From positions 248,001-312,000 of the forward strand of contig CDPCPM010000017.1 in assembly GCA_976551045.1 (NCBI GenBank): DNA of 64,000 bases. The letters are read 5' to 3'. Of this stretch, positions 48,530-61,160 are shown in pieces. This DNA comes from Glaucostegus cemiculus. Lineage: Eukaryota. Position numbers and translations under genes: made by a program. The notes under the pieces were generated by a model. It made no database searches. It was not told the DNA's origin and was given only the letters and a program-made list of their open reading frames with translations. Within the stretch, counting starts at the first letter, position 1, and each line of letters opens with the position of its first letter.

Positions 48530-50405
48530 AAAAAACTGCAGATGCTGGAAATCTGCAATTATAACAGAAAACTGTGGAAATACTCAGCAGGTTAGGCAGT
48601 GTCTACGGGAAGAGAGAAGGAGCTAATGTTTCAGAATGAAGACCCTTCTTTGGAACTGGGAAGGTGAGAAAGCATATTAGCTTTAGGGTACAGTGAGAGT
48701 GAGGGGAGGGATGATTAAGACAAATGAAATATGTGTGATAGGACAAAACCAGGGTTGGTGAGGTGAGCCTGTTTTTTCCCACAGAACCGTTTGGTTAATG
48801 GATTATTGATGGTAGAATAGTGGAAGAGAAACCAAAATGAAATGTTGAAACTGAAATGCAAGGGTGAGCTGTTACTTAGACCTGAAACAAAAGGAGAATG
48901 CTGGAAATGGCCAACAAATCAGGCAGCACCTGTGGAGAGAGAGTAAAACAGTTCACATTACAGGTGGACGACTTTACACCAGAACAGGCCAATTCTGAAA
49001 TAAACATGAAAAGCAAGTTTTCTGAAACTGATGAATTTGATATAAAGTCTCATTAACGATAGATAAGATATGATCTGATAAAATATTATTTATTAGTCAC
49101 ATGTGCATCGAAACTCACAGTGAAATGCGTCTTTTTGAGTTACTGAGAACGTGCCGGGAGCAGCCTACAAGTGTCGCCACGTTTCCGGTGCCAGCATAGC
49201 ATGGCCACAGCTCCTAAACTGTGCATCTTTGGAACGTGGGAGGAAACAGGAGCATCCGGAGGAAACCCACGCAGACACAAGGAGAACGTACAAATTCTTT
49301 ACAGACAGCGGCGAGAATTGAACCTGGGTCCCTGGCGCTGTAATAGCGTTACAATAGATTGAATTAATACCTCATTAATTCATCCTACAAGAGAAACTTC
49401 CTTTGTTCTACCCATTGTCCTTCCCCACCTTCTCTGCTACCAAGGCTAAATTGTCTACTCTCTTTCTCAGCATTGATGAGGGGTCTCAGACTTCAAACAT
49501 TAACTGTTTCTCTTTCCACCACTCCTCTTTGACCTGCTTTTTTACCCAGCATTTTCTGTTTCTATTTCAGATTTCCAGCACTGCTGATTTTATTTTTGAT
49601 TTTTATCATTTGTTTCAGGTGTTAATCACTGGACACTTAAACATATAATCTGTTCCATTGTTCCAAGGAGAACCAATGTAAATTCAAGGAACAGCACCTC
49701 ATTTTCCATCTGGATACATTGGTAATGTCATATGGACTGTGTAATGTTGTATAGTCTGGCCAACCAAGACATACCCAAAAGAAGGGAAAAAGGCAACATG
49801 GGATGGCAGGCAAAAATGGCCAGTCTTGATACAAACAGAAAGAAAGAGCGAATTATCTAAAGTTGGTGAATTCGATGTAGCGTCCTGCAGGCTGCGACAT
49901 GCCCAGATGAAAGATGAGGTGTTGTTCCTCAAGCTTAGCTTTTACGAGAATACACAACATTAGCAACATAGTACACAGACAAAGCAGCGTAATCTAATCT
50001 TATTGGGCCCTTAACTACCTCATTAGGCCATGCAGTTTTACCCTATCAGAGACATTCCCTGTGATCATTCCCCCACTTCTCTTCTACAGACAACTAACTT
50101 GTTTTCCTCTGCTTGAGGAACTCAGCAGGTCAGGCAACATCAATGGAGGGAAATGGATAGTCAATGTTTCAGGTCACGATCCTTCACCCGTCCAGATGAA
50201 GGGTCTCGATCCAACTGTACTTCTCTCCATAAATGAAACCTGACCCATTGAGTTCCTCCAGCACTTTGTGTGTTGCTCTAGATTCCAACAGCTGCGGTCT
50301 CTTATGTTTCTGTCTTTGTTTTTCTGTTTCTCAGTTTTGATGAATGCCCCTGGATCTGAACCACTAACTCAGTTCCTCTTTCTGCAGATTCTGCCTGACC
50401 TGCGA
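48530..50405. mobile_element. Cluster of Penelope terminal repeats and ORF ends in both orientations, with V-SINE at 49062-49353
   Basis: Tandem terminal repeats at 48530-48660 and 48880-48990 (-); plus-strand copies at 49400-49610 and 50320-50402; EQHLIFHLDTL-type GIY-YIG C-terminus near 49690; hairpin unit 50110-50310. Confidence 0.75.
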
Positions 50406-51595
50406 CCACACTAGTTCTGTAGAATGACTTTAATACTTAAGGGATTTAGATCAAAACAGGTCTTTCAGAAAGATTATTAAGGTGCACTTAGATTTAAAAT
50501 TCGATGCTAGAAATGATAGATTAGCAGCTTGCATTCAAAATTTGTATCTCACACCAACACTTCATGAGGACCAAGTCCAGCCATAAAAGCCATCTTGACA
50601 ACGGATACAAGTCAAGCAAACATCAGTGGTGCTGTGCAGAACCAGATGTTCAGGCAAACAACCTGTGCAAAGTAGTAGGTGCATGAAGTGTAGTGCATGT
50701 GAAAGATTCACCTTTTGTAAGTAGCCTGTCAAAGATCTTTACCATTTTAAGATACAGCTTGAAGTGTACCGGAGGCAAAAGGAAACCCAGTTGTACAGCA
50801 AATAATGCTGAAAGGACGTGCTAATCGAAGGTAAAATCATGCTTGTATCCAAGGAACAGCAGTGACATAAAAACCAAGCCACAGGATATTGCTTCTAAAA
50901 TATCAAAGTGTGCTAAATCTGGCCCGTGTTTAAAGAAGCTTGAATAACAATCAGTCGCAGTTTGTGCAATTCATTTGAGAAGTCAGGAATAACACTGTAA
51001 ACTATTGAGTTTTCTTTCTAACTTTTGTATATTCCAAAGCAAGGGTGTTAGCACAAGGAGATAAAACAGGAGTACATGGAATGCATTGGTCTGAGGCATT
51101 CTCACAGAATCTGAGAAGCTGATGGGCTATTGGCTATTCAACCATGGCTATCACCGCACTCCACTGCCTGTCTTTGAATGGGTTATGTGCCAGATTGAGG
51201 TGAGGCACCTAAACTGTTCATCTTCAGCCAACCCTTTCTCACCCAAAACAATGCAGAGCTTCATTTGAACATGAAAATTATGTACGTTAAATTGGAATTG
51301 GCAATGGTCGATATCCCTTAAGGAAAACTCCAGATAACTGCATTGTCCTTAACTGACAGCCAGGAGTGTGCACAGAGATTCAAATCTGTTGCTTTTGAAT
51401 GATCACATGGACATCTGTAAGGTTAAGAAGTGCACACATTTATTTTTGAGGTGAAATTTGGGAGGTGGGTGGGGAAGTTTGTGTCCTTGCTTGTCACTCA
51501 CTTTGAGCACACCCCTGTTATCAGGCTCAGTGATATTTTGAGCTCCGTATTTTAAAGGGGCAATGGATTATTTGTAACATAAGATAAGATACCTT

Positions 51596-52316
51596 CTACT
51601 TCCTGCGGAGACTGAGGAAAGCGAACCCACATCCCTCAGTCATGAAATCCTTCTACAGGGGGACCATTGAGAGCATCCTAACTCAATGTATCACTGTTTG
51701 GTTTGGAAGCTGCTCAGCTGCTGGGCGGAAGTCCCTCCAGAAGATAGTTAAGGCTGCGGAGTGGATCATAGGTGTCTCGCTTCCATCCCTCGCAGACATA
51801 TACAAAGACCGTTGTGTGAGGAAGACCAAAAGCATAATGGCCGACCCTTCTCACCCCTCCCATCACCTCTTCACAATTTTGCCATCAGGGAGGAGGCTTA
51901 AATGTATCAGGGCAAGAACGTCCAGGCTGAACAATAGCTTCTTTCCGCAAGCCATCAGAACTGCAAACTCTCTCATCCCTCCATCTTCCTTTGTTAACAC
52001 TAAGAGATGCTAGGTGTACAGAAATGCACCAGCACTTCAGATACCTGACACCAGCCCATTCACTTTAAGAACTATTTATTTATTTACTGGCCATTTTTTA
52101 ATTTAATCTGCGCAATAATTCAATTTCAATCTCCATGGCTTCTAATGTGTAATGTTTTGTACTGTGTATTCTGCCAAGTGTGTATGTGTCTCTCTGTTGG
52201 TTGTTATGTTATTTTTTTTTATGGGACGAGCTCCTGAGGAGGACGGTATCTCGCTCCTATGCGTACCATGTATGTATATGGTTGTGACAATAAAACTGAT
52301 TCTGATTCTGATTCTG
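51596..52316 (+). mobile_element. Rex1/Babar LINE 3' fragment inserted into a SINE tail
   Basis: YFLRRLRK..FYRGTIESILTQCITVWFG...PSGRRL...NSFFPQAIR; (ctgatt)n tail; AGATACCTT at 51587-51595 and 52317-52325. Confidence 0.92.
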
Positions 52317-52513
52317 AGATACCTTTATTAGTCACATGTACATTGAAACACACAGTGAAATGCATCTTTTTGTGTAATGTTCTGGGGGCAGCCCGCAAGT
52401 GTCACCATGCTTCCAGCGCCAAAATAGCATGCCCACAACTTCCTAACCCATACGTCTATTTTTTGGAGGAAACCGGAGCACCCGGAGGAAACCCACACAG
52501 ACACAGAGAGAAC
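52317..52513 (-). mobile_element. V-SINE, young family, head missing
   Basis: Family consensus from tail to V-domain; the outer tail repeats (taagataag) are displaced to 51580-51590. Confidence 0.85.
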
Positions 52514-52649
52514 ATATTCGGACTCTGTATGGGAGTGAGCAATAATTTCTGATACAGTGCTAGCAAATTTGTCCCACTAACAAGAAAGTTTTGCATTCAG
52601 GATGACACCAGGGCAAGGTTAAATTATGAGAACAGTCGCATAAACCTGA

Positions 52650-53775
52650 CAGAGTCACACAGGACAGAAACAGGCCCTTCGGCCCACCACGTCCATTCTG
52701 AATGCCAAGTATCCACCCAAATTAAACCTATTTACCAGCACTTGGTCAGTAGCCACTGATACCTTGGTGATTCAGGTGATCATTTAGATAATTCTTCAAT
52801 CTTGAGATTCTCAACCTCCACGACCCGGTCAGGCAGTGCATTTCATATTCCCTCCATCATCTCAGTAAAAAAATTCTTCCTTGTATCCCCTCTATACCTC
52901 TTGCTCTTCATCCTCTGCCTCCTGATTATAGATAGAAACTTCCGTTATGGAAAACAAGTCTAATACTGTCTACCCTATCTATGCCCTTCATAATTTTGTG
53001 TATCTCTGTCATGTCCTTCTCTGCTCCATTGAAAACAGCCCCAGCCTATCCAGTCTCTCCTCACAAGTGAGAGACTCCATCCCAAGTAACATCCTGGTTA
53101 ATCTCCTCTGCATCCTCTCCAGAGAAATCATACCCTTTCTGTACTGTAGTGACCAAAATGGCACTCAATGTTCCAGATGTGGCCTCACCAATGTTTTATA
53201 AAGCCATACCACTACTTCCCAGCTCTTGCGTTTCATGGCCCAGCGAATGAAGGCAAGTATCCCATATGCTTTCTTTACCACCCAGTCTACCTCAAGGATC
53301 TTTGGACTTCCTACACCAAAGTCTCTCTATTCCTTTATACTCCCTGGTGCCCTACTATACATTGTCAATGTCCTACCTTATTTGAACTCCCAAGTGGATC
53401 ACTTCACACTTATTACAATTAAATGCCATCGGCTAATGCTGTTCCAACTTACCAGCTAATCAATATCTTTCTATAGCCCAAGTCTATTCTCTTCACTATA
53501 CACAACACCACCCCTATTTCTGTGTAATCTACAAATTTACTCATTATACCTCCTACATTAACATCTAAGCCATTAACGTAACCACCAAACAGGAAGGGCC
53601 CCAGTACCAATGCATATGGTACATCGTTGGTCTCAAGCTTCCAATCATAAAAGCAACTCTGCACTATCAACTGCTCTCTCCTATTACTAAGCCAATTTGC
53701 CTTGGATCCTATGGGGTCTAAATCTTCTGGACCATCTTTCATGTGGGACCTTGTCAAATGCCTTGCTGAAGTTAG
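52650..53775 (-). mobile_element. Older CR1 LINE 3' part
   Basis: ORF 53449-53820 remnants (NWLSNRREQLIVQSCFYDWK..VPYALVLGPFLF..SKFVDYTEIG) and CR1 tail at ~52650-52700. Confidence 0.8.
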
Positions 53776-53793
53776 ATTTTTCAGATTTCCAGC

Positions 53794-54720
53794 ATACAAA
53801 GTTGGGTGGCAGTGCGACATGTGTAGAGGAAGTTAGGAGGATTCAAGGTGACTTCGATAGGTTGGGTGAGTGGGCAGATACTTGGCAGATGAAGTTTAAT
53901 GTGGATAAGTGTGAGGTTATCCACTTTGGGAGCAGGAACAGGAAGGCGGATTATTATCTGAATGGTGTGGAGTTAGGTAAAGGGGAGGTACAAAGGAATC
54001 TAGGAGCCCTTGTTCATCAGTCGCTGAAAGTGAATGAGCAAGTGCAGCAGGCGGTGATGAAGGCTAATGGAATGTTGGCCTGTATTACGAGGGGAATTGA
54101 GTACAAGAGCAAAGAGATTCTTTTGCATTTGTACAGGGCCCTGGTGAGACCGCTTCTGGAGTATTGTGTACAGTTTTGGTCTCCGGGGTTAAGGAAGGAT
54201 ATCCTGGCTATAGAGGGCGTGCAGCGTAGGTTTACGAGGTTAATTCCGGGGATGTCGGGACTGTCTTATGCAGAGAGGTTGGATAGACTGGGATTGTACA
54301 CGCTGGAATTGAGAAGATTGAGAGGGGATTTGATTGAAACATACAAGATTGTTAAGGGATTGGACAAGATAGAGACAGGAAATATGCTCCAGATGTTGGG
54401 GAAGTCCAGGACCAGAGGGCACGATTTAAGAATAAGGGGTAGGCCATTTATCACAGAGGTGAGGAAAAACTTCTTCTCCCAGAGGGTTATGAGTTTGCGG
54501 AATGCACTGCCTCAGAGGACAGTGGAGGCCAATTCTCTGGGCACTTTCAAGAAGGAGCTAGATAGGTTTCTTATAGATAGGGGAATCAAGGGATATGGGG
54601 ACAAGGTAGGAACGGGATATTGGGTGTTGAGGATCAGCCATGATCTCAAAATGGCGGAGCAGACTCGAAGAGCCGAATGGTCTACTTCTGCTCCTATTGT
54701 CTATTGTCTATATTGTCTAT
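53794..54720 (+). mobile_element. 5'-truncated young CR1, same subfamily as 35953-39788
   Basis: Close match to 38877-39788 by direct comparison; tail ctattgtctattgtctatattgtctat. Confidence 0.95.
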
Positions 54721-55139
54721 CTGCAGGTTTTTGATTTTCATTCACTGTGATAGATTCTGTTAAGAAGCAACATTAAGAAATATAGTGCAAAGACCATGAC
54801 CAAGCTGAATTGAAAGGCTTAAAATGGTTTATTGTTATCAAGCCAGGGAAAATAAAAACAAATCATAGTAAGGTCTGATCTTGAATTCAATAAGTGTAGA
54901 CATCTGTGAACTGATTATGGTAAAAATCCAAACAGATTAATTAACGTACTTTTCCGGAAGAGACCAGCATCCCTGCCAAGGCTTGGCTTCAACTGAACTC
55001 CTTTAGTGTTTTTTTGGGACAACATGGAATGAGCAATAAATTTGGCCTTGATAATGTCACTCACACCACAAGGACATACATTTTGAAAATTTGTTGGTCA
55101 AATCAAAAAAAATGCGAGGAAAGAATACATTGGATCAGT

Positions 55140-55660
55140 ACGGAAGAAATAGGAACAAGTAAAGGCCTGCTCTGGTATTCAACAATCATGGCCGATCTGA
55201 TCTTGGCTTCACTCCTCCTTCATTCCTGTTGCCTGTAACCTTCCACTCCCCAACACTCCAACCATCTGACCAGCCCGTTCTTGAACATATTCGATAACTT
55301 GACCTCTGGGACAGAGAATTCCAAATTTCATGACCCTCTGGGAGAAGAAATTCTTCTTCTTTGCCACAAATGGGCGACCTCTTATTCTAGAACTATACCC
55401 ATTAATTCCAGAATTCCCCAAGGGCGAAGCACCCACTCAGCACTCAACCTGTTAAGACCCTACAGAATCTTACTCTTCCAGACTCCAGGGAGTGTAGATT
55501 CAACTTGCTTACTTGTTCCTCATAGGCAACTTCCTACTTCCCAGAAATCAACCATGTGAACTTTGTCTGAACTGCCTGCAGTCTAAGTTTACCCCTCCAT
55601 TAATAAGGAGACCAAAACTGTGAGTTGCATTCCAGGTGTGATCTTATCAACACCTTGCAT
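55140..55660 (-). mobile_element. Old CR1 3' fragment
   Basis: RIRGRPFVAKKKNFFSQRVM (ORF 55209-55436) and CR1 3' UTR. Confidence 0.8.
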
Positions 55661-56294
55661 CAATGTCTACCAAGTCCACATTCGCCATAAAAATTCGAGT
55701 AACAATTTGCTGCCAACGTTATTTAAAGCCCAGTGCTATCTTGTATAAATAGTTTGATATCAGCAAACTGTCAGTGAGTAAATTCAGTTGGAGGAATATC
55801 TTTTAGTCCATTCTCACTTTACCTCTATAAGTTAACTGCACTGTATGGTAATGCCTCAACAGTAGACTTCACTGAACATTAATCTTAATTCATGTTAATT
55901 TTGAAACAATCATATTGATTACAAATTCCTTTTCTGCACAAAGTGGTATTTTGCAATCTTGCATTTTTTTAAAAAAAGCTTTCAACATAAACTAAGCTGA
56001 GTTATGAAGTATTTAACAGACACCAAGAACAGCATATTTTCATTCCACTTTCTATTTCCAATCGTTTTTATTGGGTTAATTGTAGCAGACAGGAAATAAG
56101 CGAGAACAACTATTCAACAAATATGCCTCAAGATTAATTGCTTGTGAATGTCTGAATATGTATCGGCCCTGTGGGGCTCAAAATAAAACTAGTACTTTAA
56201 CTAGACTATACAGGCAAAGAACAGTTTTGATTGAAAGAACACATTGTGGTGCACTCTCAGACCATCATATTTATCTTTAGTAAGATTATGTGTT

Positions 56295-56345
56295 CATTTA
56301 TCTCCACAAGAAGAATTTTCAAAATTCTTTTTGTGGAGATAAATG
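56295..56345. repeat. 51-bp near-perfect palindrome
   Basis: catttatctccacaagaagaatttt-c-aaaattctttttgtggagataaatg: 25-bp arms, 1-nt spacer, one mismatch. Confidence 0.95.
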
Positions 56346-57599
56346 TTTTAAAAGTTTACTTTTAATAATGATTGATGCCTGGCTAATGGTAGATTACAGC
56401 ATTCTTGTACAATAATATGCGAAGAGAGCTGTTCTTAAAGACTCCAGTTTTAGCAGTTACAAGAACAGCTTTATTGTGCAACATCTTTTTAATTCTCCCC
56501 TGCTTTACATCTACACCAAAAGAAAATGATCTGGGTACATATTTTCTTGAGTTGTGATACTTGTTTAATAGCATGACTTGAGTTTGAGAGAACTGAAATC
56601 TCTCTCATAAGTAACAGCTTAGATTTGGAATGCCCCTCTGTTTGATTATCAAGTGCCAACAATCATTAACCACTTCACAAGGGTTTTATTATATTTGAAA
56701 TTTTTCTATTAGAGCACAGCTTTGTAGGGGCAGTTCACAGGTAGTTCAACATTAAAGGTGGGTCACGAAAAGCATGAACATTTTCAAAAAGGACAAATCA
56801 TTAAGCAGCCTCAGGTCTTCAGTCAGAATAAAGAGGCCTTGAGGAACATACTTCAGTTCAATAGGATTGGGATGTAAATAAATGAATTAAGACCATCTTG
56901 AATGTATTTCCTGAAGCAATATCTGATGAAATGGCTCTGCATCAGATCTATCAAAGCACCTCATTAAAAAATAAAATCACTGGAATCCAAATAAGAATAC
57001 AAAGACTCACCCAGGAATGCCCATTTGAGCAAGATACTGGGGAGGGAGACAGGGACAGTGTCCCAGTGCCTTCACAAAATGAGGACCATATCTGTAAAAG
57101 TGCAATGTCAAGCAATAAATTTATCTTAAATCCAAATCTCTTGTAAATGAGTTAAGAGGAAAAAAAAGTACTGAAGTAGTATACCAAGCAGGAGATTGGC
57201 TGATGCATGTTGGGTGCACGCCTTTCACTCCAGAAGCTGGGTTGAAATCCAATCCCAGTTGCTGGAGAGAAAAGGGAGATAGTCTTTCCATCTGCTGCTG
57301 TTGGCTCACCCCACTGAAACAAGCTTCTGAAACCTCAATGCATTCTACATCAGTCATGGCCTCGCTACATAAAACTGTCTATCATGTGGCGATGAGTCCA
57401 CAAGTTGACTGGGAAAGGGATCGGGAGCAGTTATCTTAGTGCAGTTAAAGATGCTCCCCTGACCTTGAGATGGGACACATTGCAAGGTAGCATAAACACA
57501 AGGTGCTTGAAAAGAAAACTATTTGATTCCTCTTATCAGGGAGGGGGGGCGGGGGGGGGTCTAAGGAGTCATGCTGTGTACTTTGTGCTAACTGATTGG

Positions 57600-57993
57600 G
57601 TCCCCTCCCTCAACTGTTCCCATCTGCCCACCCCACCTGCCTTATTTGGTTCCATGCTCCACCTTCCTTTCTGATTAGATTCCATCATCTGTAGCTCTTG
57701 TTGCCTCCACCCATCACCCCCCAGCCTCTAATGCTATTTCCACTCTTCCCTCTGCCATCTCCCCATCAGCCCTCCTCACATGGATCCAACTATCATTTGC
57801 CAGCCCTTGCTCCACCCTTCCCCCTCACCTCCTTTACTTGCTGTCTCCCCTCTGTCTTTCAGTCCAGCTGAAGGCTCGCAACACGAAACGTCGACTGTCT
57901 GTTTCCCTCCACAGATGCCGCCTGACCCATCGAGTTCCCTCAGCTTCTTGTGTGTGCTCCAGATCCCAGCATCTGCCGCCTCTTGTGTCTCCA
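57600..57993 (+). mobile_element. Penelope 3' UTR and terminal repeat with hammerhead motif at 57860-57897
   Basis: CAGTC-CAGCTGA-aggctcgcaacac-GAAA-CG-TC-GACTG (perfect stem I, ACGT loop III, GUC site, mutated core), then the family tail ccagatcccagcatctgccgcctcttgtgtctcc. Confidence 0.75.
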
Positions 57994-58984
57994 AATATAC
58001 TAATTCTGTAGGACCACACTGTAGTATTTAATGCAACTACACGAGATGTCTAGTGGAAAGTTGTTGGATCATTAACCAGATTCCCAGCCTTTTGTCGGGT
58101 CATTAATTTTTCTTTGGAAAAGCAGCAAACTGAGTTCACTTGTGATTTACACAGACTGACATCTCTTAGCACACAAACAGAGGTGGTGGCAGCCCAGTGA
58201 TTCCCGGCTCTCATTGACAATCATCCATGTGTTTTCTCTCTGGCTTTGCAGAAGAGAAATTTGTTAGCGCCAACTAATATAGAGCTAACTTTTTACATGA
58301 GCATTGATTTGGTGACTGTGTACATGGCTAAAAGAACGAGCAGAGGAAAGCAACAGAAGGAGGAAGGGATTTGAAATTAAGTTGCACTTTTCACACCCTC
58401 TGGACTTCCACAAGCAGTGAAGTACTTCAGTGGATGGCAATTTAGTTAACAGAATCTTTACCCGACAGCTGGTTGTATTGTGAAAGTAAGATCTCCAAGT
58501 GTTGTGGAATTTCAGCACATTTTTGTTATATAAAGCAATATTTGCTCAAACGTTACAAAAATTAAAGAGTATTAGGTGGAAGAGAAACCAGGGTGGATGT
58601 CAACAACACACATGCGAGGTGGCCTGATAAAAAAAATTAAAAATATACAAAACATATTAACAGTAAAAGGAGGCTTTTCATCCCATCGCATCTATGCTGG
58701 CTCTCAGTGCAATTCCATTCTCCCACTTATTTCCCTACAACCTATTCTCTCTCACTGTGCAAGTCATTGCTTTAAAATTTTACCTCAATGATGCACCGTC
58801 TGAGATCAAGGAGTTGGAGAGAATGAGCCATAAAGGACGGTGCTAAAGCACAAGGCAGAGACAAACAGGTCATCTGGAAGGAGGTGGAAGACATTGTTTA
58901 TAGACATGGGATCAGGAACCTAGATTTTGCAGACACTCTTTCAAAAAAGAATGCTTTTCAAGTATCTGTGTACACACACGCACA

Positions 58985-59325
58985 AGGTGGCACAGTGGTT
59001 ATGTCAGAGCTCACTGATCCAGGTTTAATTCCAGCCTCCAGTGCTGTCTGTGTGGAGTTTGCATGCTCCTCCCTTGTCTCCATGCGCTTCGCCCAGGCGC
59101 TCTGGATTCCTCCCAAATCCCAAAAAAAATCTGCAGGTTCGGAGGTTAATTGATGGCTGTAATTAAGCTACCAACCTACTCCTTGTGCAGTTGGCTGGTT
59201 GGTGAATCAGGGAGTTAATGGGTATGAGAGGGAGAATAGGTTACAGGGAAATAAGTGGGGGAATTAGGGATTAGTCAGAAGGCTGGCATAGACTTAGTGA
59301 ATTGCCTCCTATGTCATGAGGAAAT
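58985..59325 (+). mobile_element. Degraded HE1-type V-SINE
   Basis: gctgtctgtgtggagtttgcatgctcctcccttgtctcc V-domain. Confidence 0.65.
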
Positions 59326-59689
59326 ATGGAGATCACATCAGATGATGGTTAGGTCAAAGAGATCATCAGAGATTAATTTGCACTGCATGATGTGAGAACT
59401 CTAGGTCAATGTTTGGGGCGGGGGTGGGGAGTGTGGAAAGAGGTGGTGGTGTCCGTACAACACGAGACAACAGGTCCCTCATTGGTTTCCCCATGCACAC
59501 TGACACAAGGAAATGGGATCACAGATTGGAGATGCCTGCGTATTCTCCACGCCCTTGGGTTTGGATTGCATACAACAGCATCATTCAGCTCTATTGTTCT
59601 CCAGGCTACCATCTGGTTTTCTTTCAATGTTTACGCAGACTTAGATTTCAGCTGCTTCTCAGTGAGTTGTGAAAGTAGTTTCTTTCCCA

Positions 59690-60016
59690 GTTTGTCAAGA
59701 GAGGATGAGCCCTTTCAAAGACCAGATTGCTATCTTCTCAGTCCATTGCCAATACTGTCCCTCTGTACAACTGCTGCTCCCAGGCATGTGATTCTACACA
59801 CAGCTGTTTGTATTTCGTCTTGGCCTTGCATCTTATTGTCTGCCTGCACTGCACGTTCTCTGTAACTGTAACACTTTATCCTGCATTCTGTTATTGTTTA
59901 CTCATGTACTACCTCAAGGCACTGTTGTAATGAAATGATCTGTATGGATGGCATGCAAAACAAAGTTTTTCACTGTACCTCAGTAAATGTGACAATAATA
60001 ACCAATTTACCAATTT
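59690..60016 (+). mobile_element. Rex1/Babar-type 3' UTR fragment
   Basis: Typical tail ctgtatggatggcatgcaaaacaaagtttttcactgtacctcagtaaatgtgacaataataaccaatttaccaattt. Confidence 0.7.
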
Positions 60017-60084
60017 CTGCAAGGTTCCCAGTGGCAACCTGAAATTGTCCTGTGGCATGGAAGTTGAGAGCAAGTGCAACTCCA

Positions 60085-61160
60085 GGGAGGGCTAGTTAGG
60101 TGGATTCAAGATTGGTTTGGAGCTAGGAAGCCGAGGGCGGTGGTTGAAGGTTGTTTCTCAGAATGAAGGCCAGTGACTAGTGGTGTGCCGCAGGGGTCAG
60201 TGTTGGGACTCTTGTTATTTATTTGTATAAATGATTTGGATGCAAATGCGCAAGGCTTGATCTGTAAATTTGCGGATGACACAAAATTAGGAGGTGTGGT
60301 TGATAGTGAGGAAGGTTATTGTAGATTACAGGGGGACCTTGATCAGTTTGGGAAGTGGCAGACAAGTGTGAAGTGATGCATTTTAGAAAGTCAAACCAGC
60401 GTAGGACTTATACTATGAATAGTAGGGCACATCAGGGAGTGAACAGAGGGACAGAGAACAGAGGGACCTGGAAGTGCAAGTGCATAGTTCATCGAAAGCA
60501 GCATCACAGGTAGACAGGGGTGGTGAAAAAGGCATTTAGCATGCTGGCCTTCATCAGTCAGGGCACTGAGTATAGGAGTTGGGACATTATGTTGCAGTTG
60601 TGAAAGTCGTTGGTGAGGCTACAATTGGAGTACTGTGTACAGTTTTAGTTACCCTGTTATAGGAAAGATGTGGTTAAACTGGAAAGAGTGCAGAAAAGAT
60701 TTACGAGGATGTTGCCAGGACTAGAGGGTCTGAATTATAGGAAGAGGTTGGCCAGGCTATCACGTTATTCCTCGGAACATAGGAGAATGAGGGGAAACCT
60801 TATAGAAATGTTTAAAATTATGAGAGGCACAGATGAGGCAGATGGTAACAGGGTGGGGGAGTCTGAAACCAGTGGGGATAGATTTAGGGTGAGAGGGGAA
60901 AGATTTAAAAAGGAGCTGAAGGACAACATTTTCATGCAGAGGGTGCTGAGTATATGGGAGGAGCTGCCAGAGGAAGTGGCTGAGGCAGGTACAATAGTAT
61001 CACGTAAGAAGCACTTGGCTATGTACATGGAGGGGCAGGGCTGAGAGGGATATTGGCCATACACAGGAAATTGGGACTAGCTGGGTGGACACTGTGGTCA
61101 GCATGGACCGGTTGGGCCGAAGGGCCTGTATCCGTGCTGTATTGGTCTATGACTCTATAA
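60085..61160 (+). mobile_element. CR1 LINE 3' half (RT, frameshifted)
   Basis: TSGVPQGSVLGLLLF..KFADDTKLGG; LERVQKRFTRMLPG; 3' UTR and ctatgactctat tail. Confidence 0.92.

Noticed and set aside
50500-50725. Possible piggyBac C-terminal remnant (MID-LAA..LY; RCMKCSACERFTFCK)
   Set aside because: Only two short echoes with stops and frameshifts and no TIR or TTAA support; too weak to call without a search.
53697-54734. 345-aa ORF as a gene
   Set aside because: Chimera of antisense old-CR1 sequence and a truncated CR1 RT C-terminus.
56920-56950. CTGATGA within a small inverted repeat, as a hammerhead
   Set aside because: No downstream GAAA/NUH and no Penelope repeat context.
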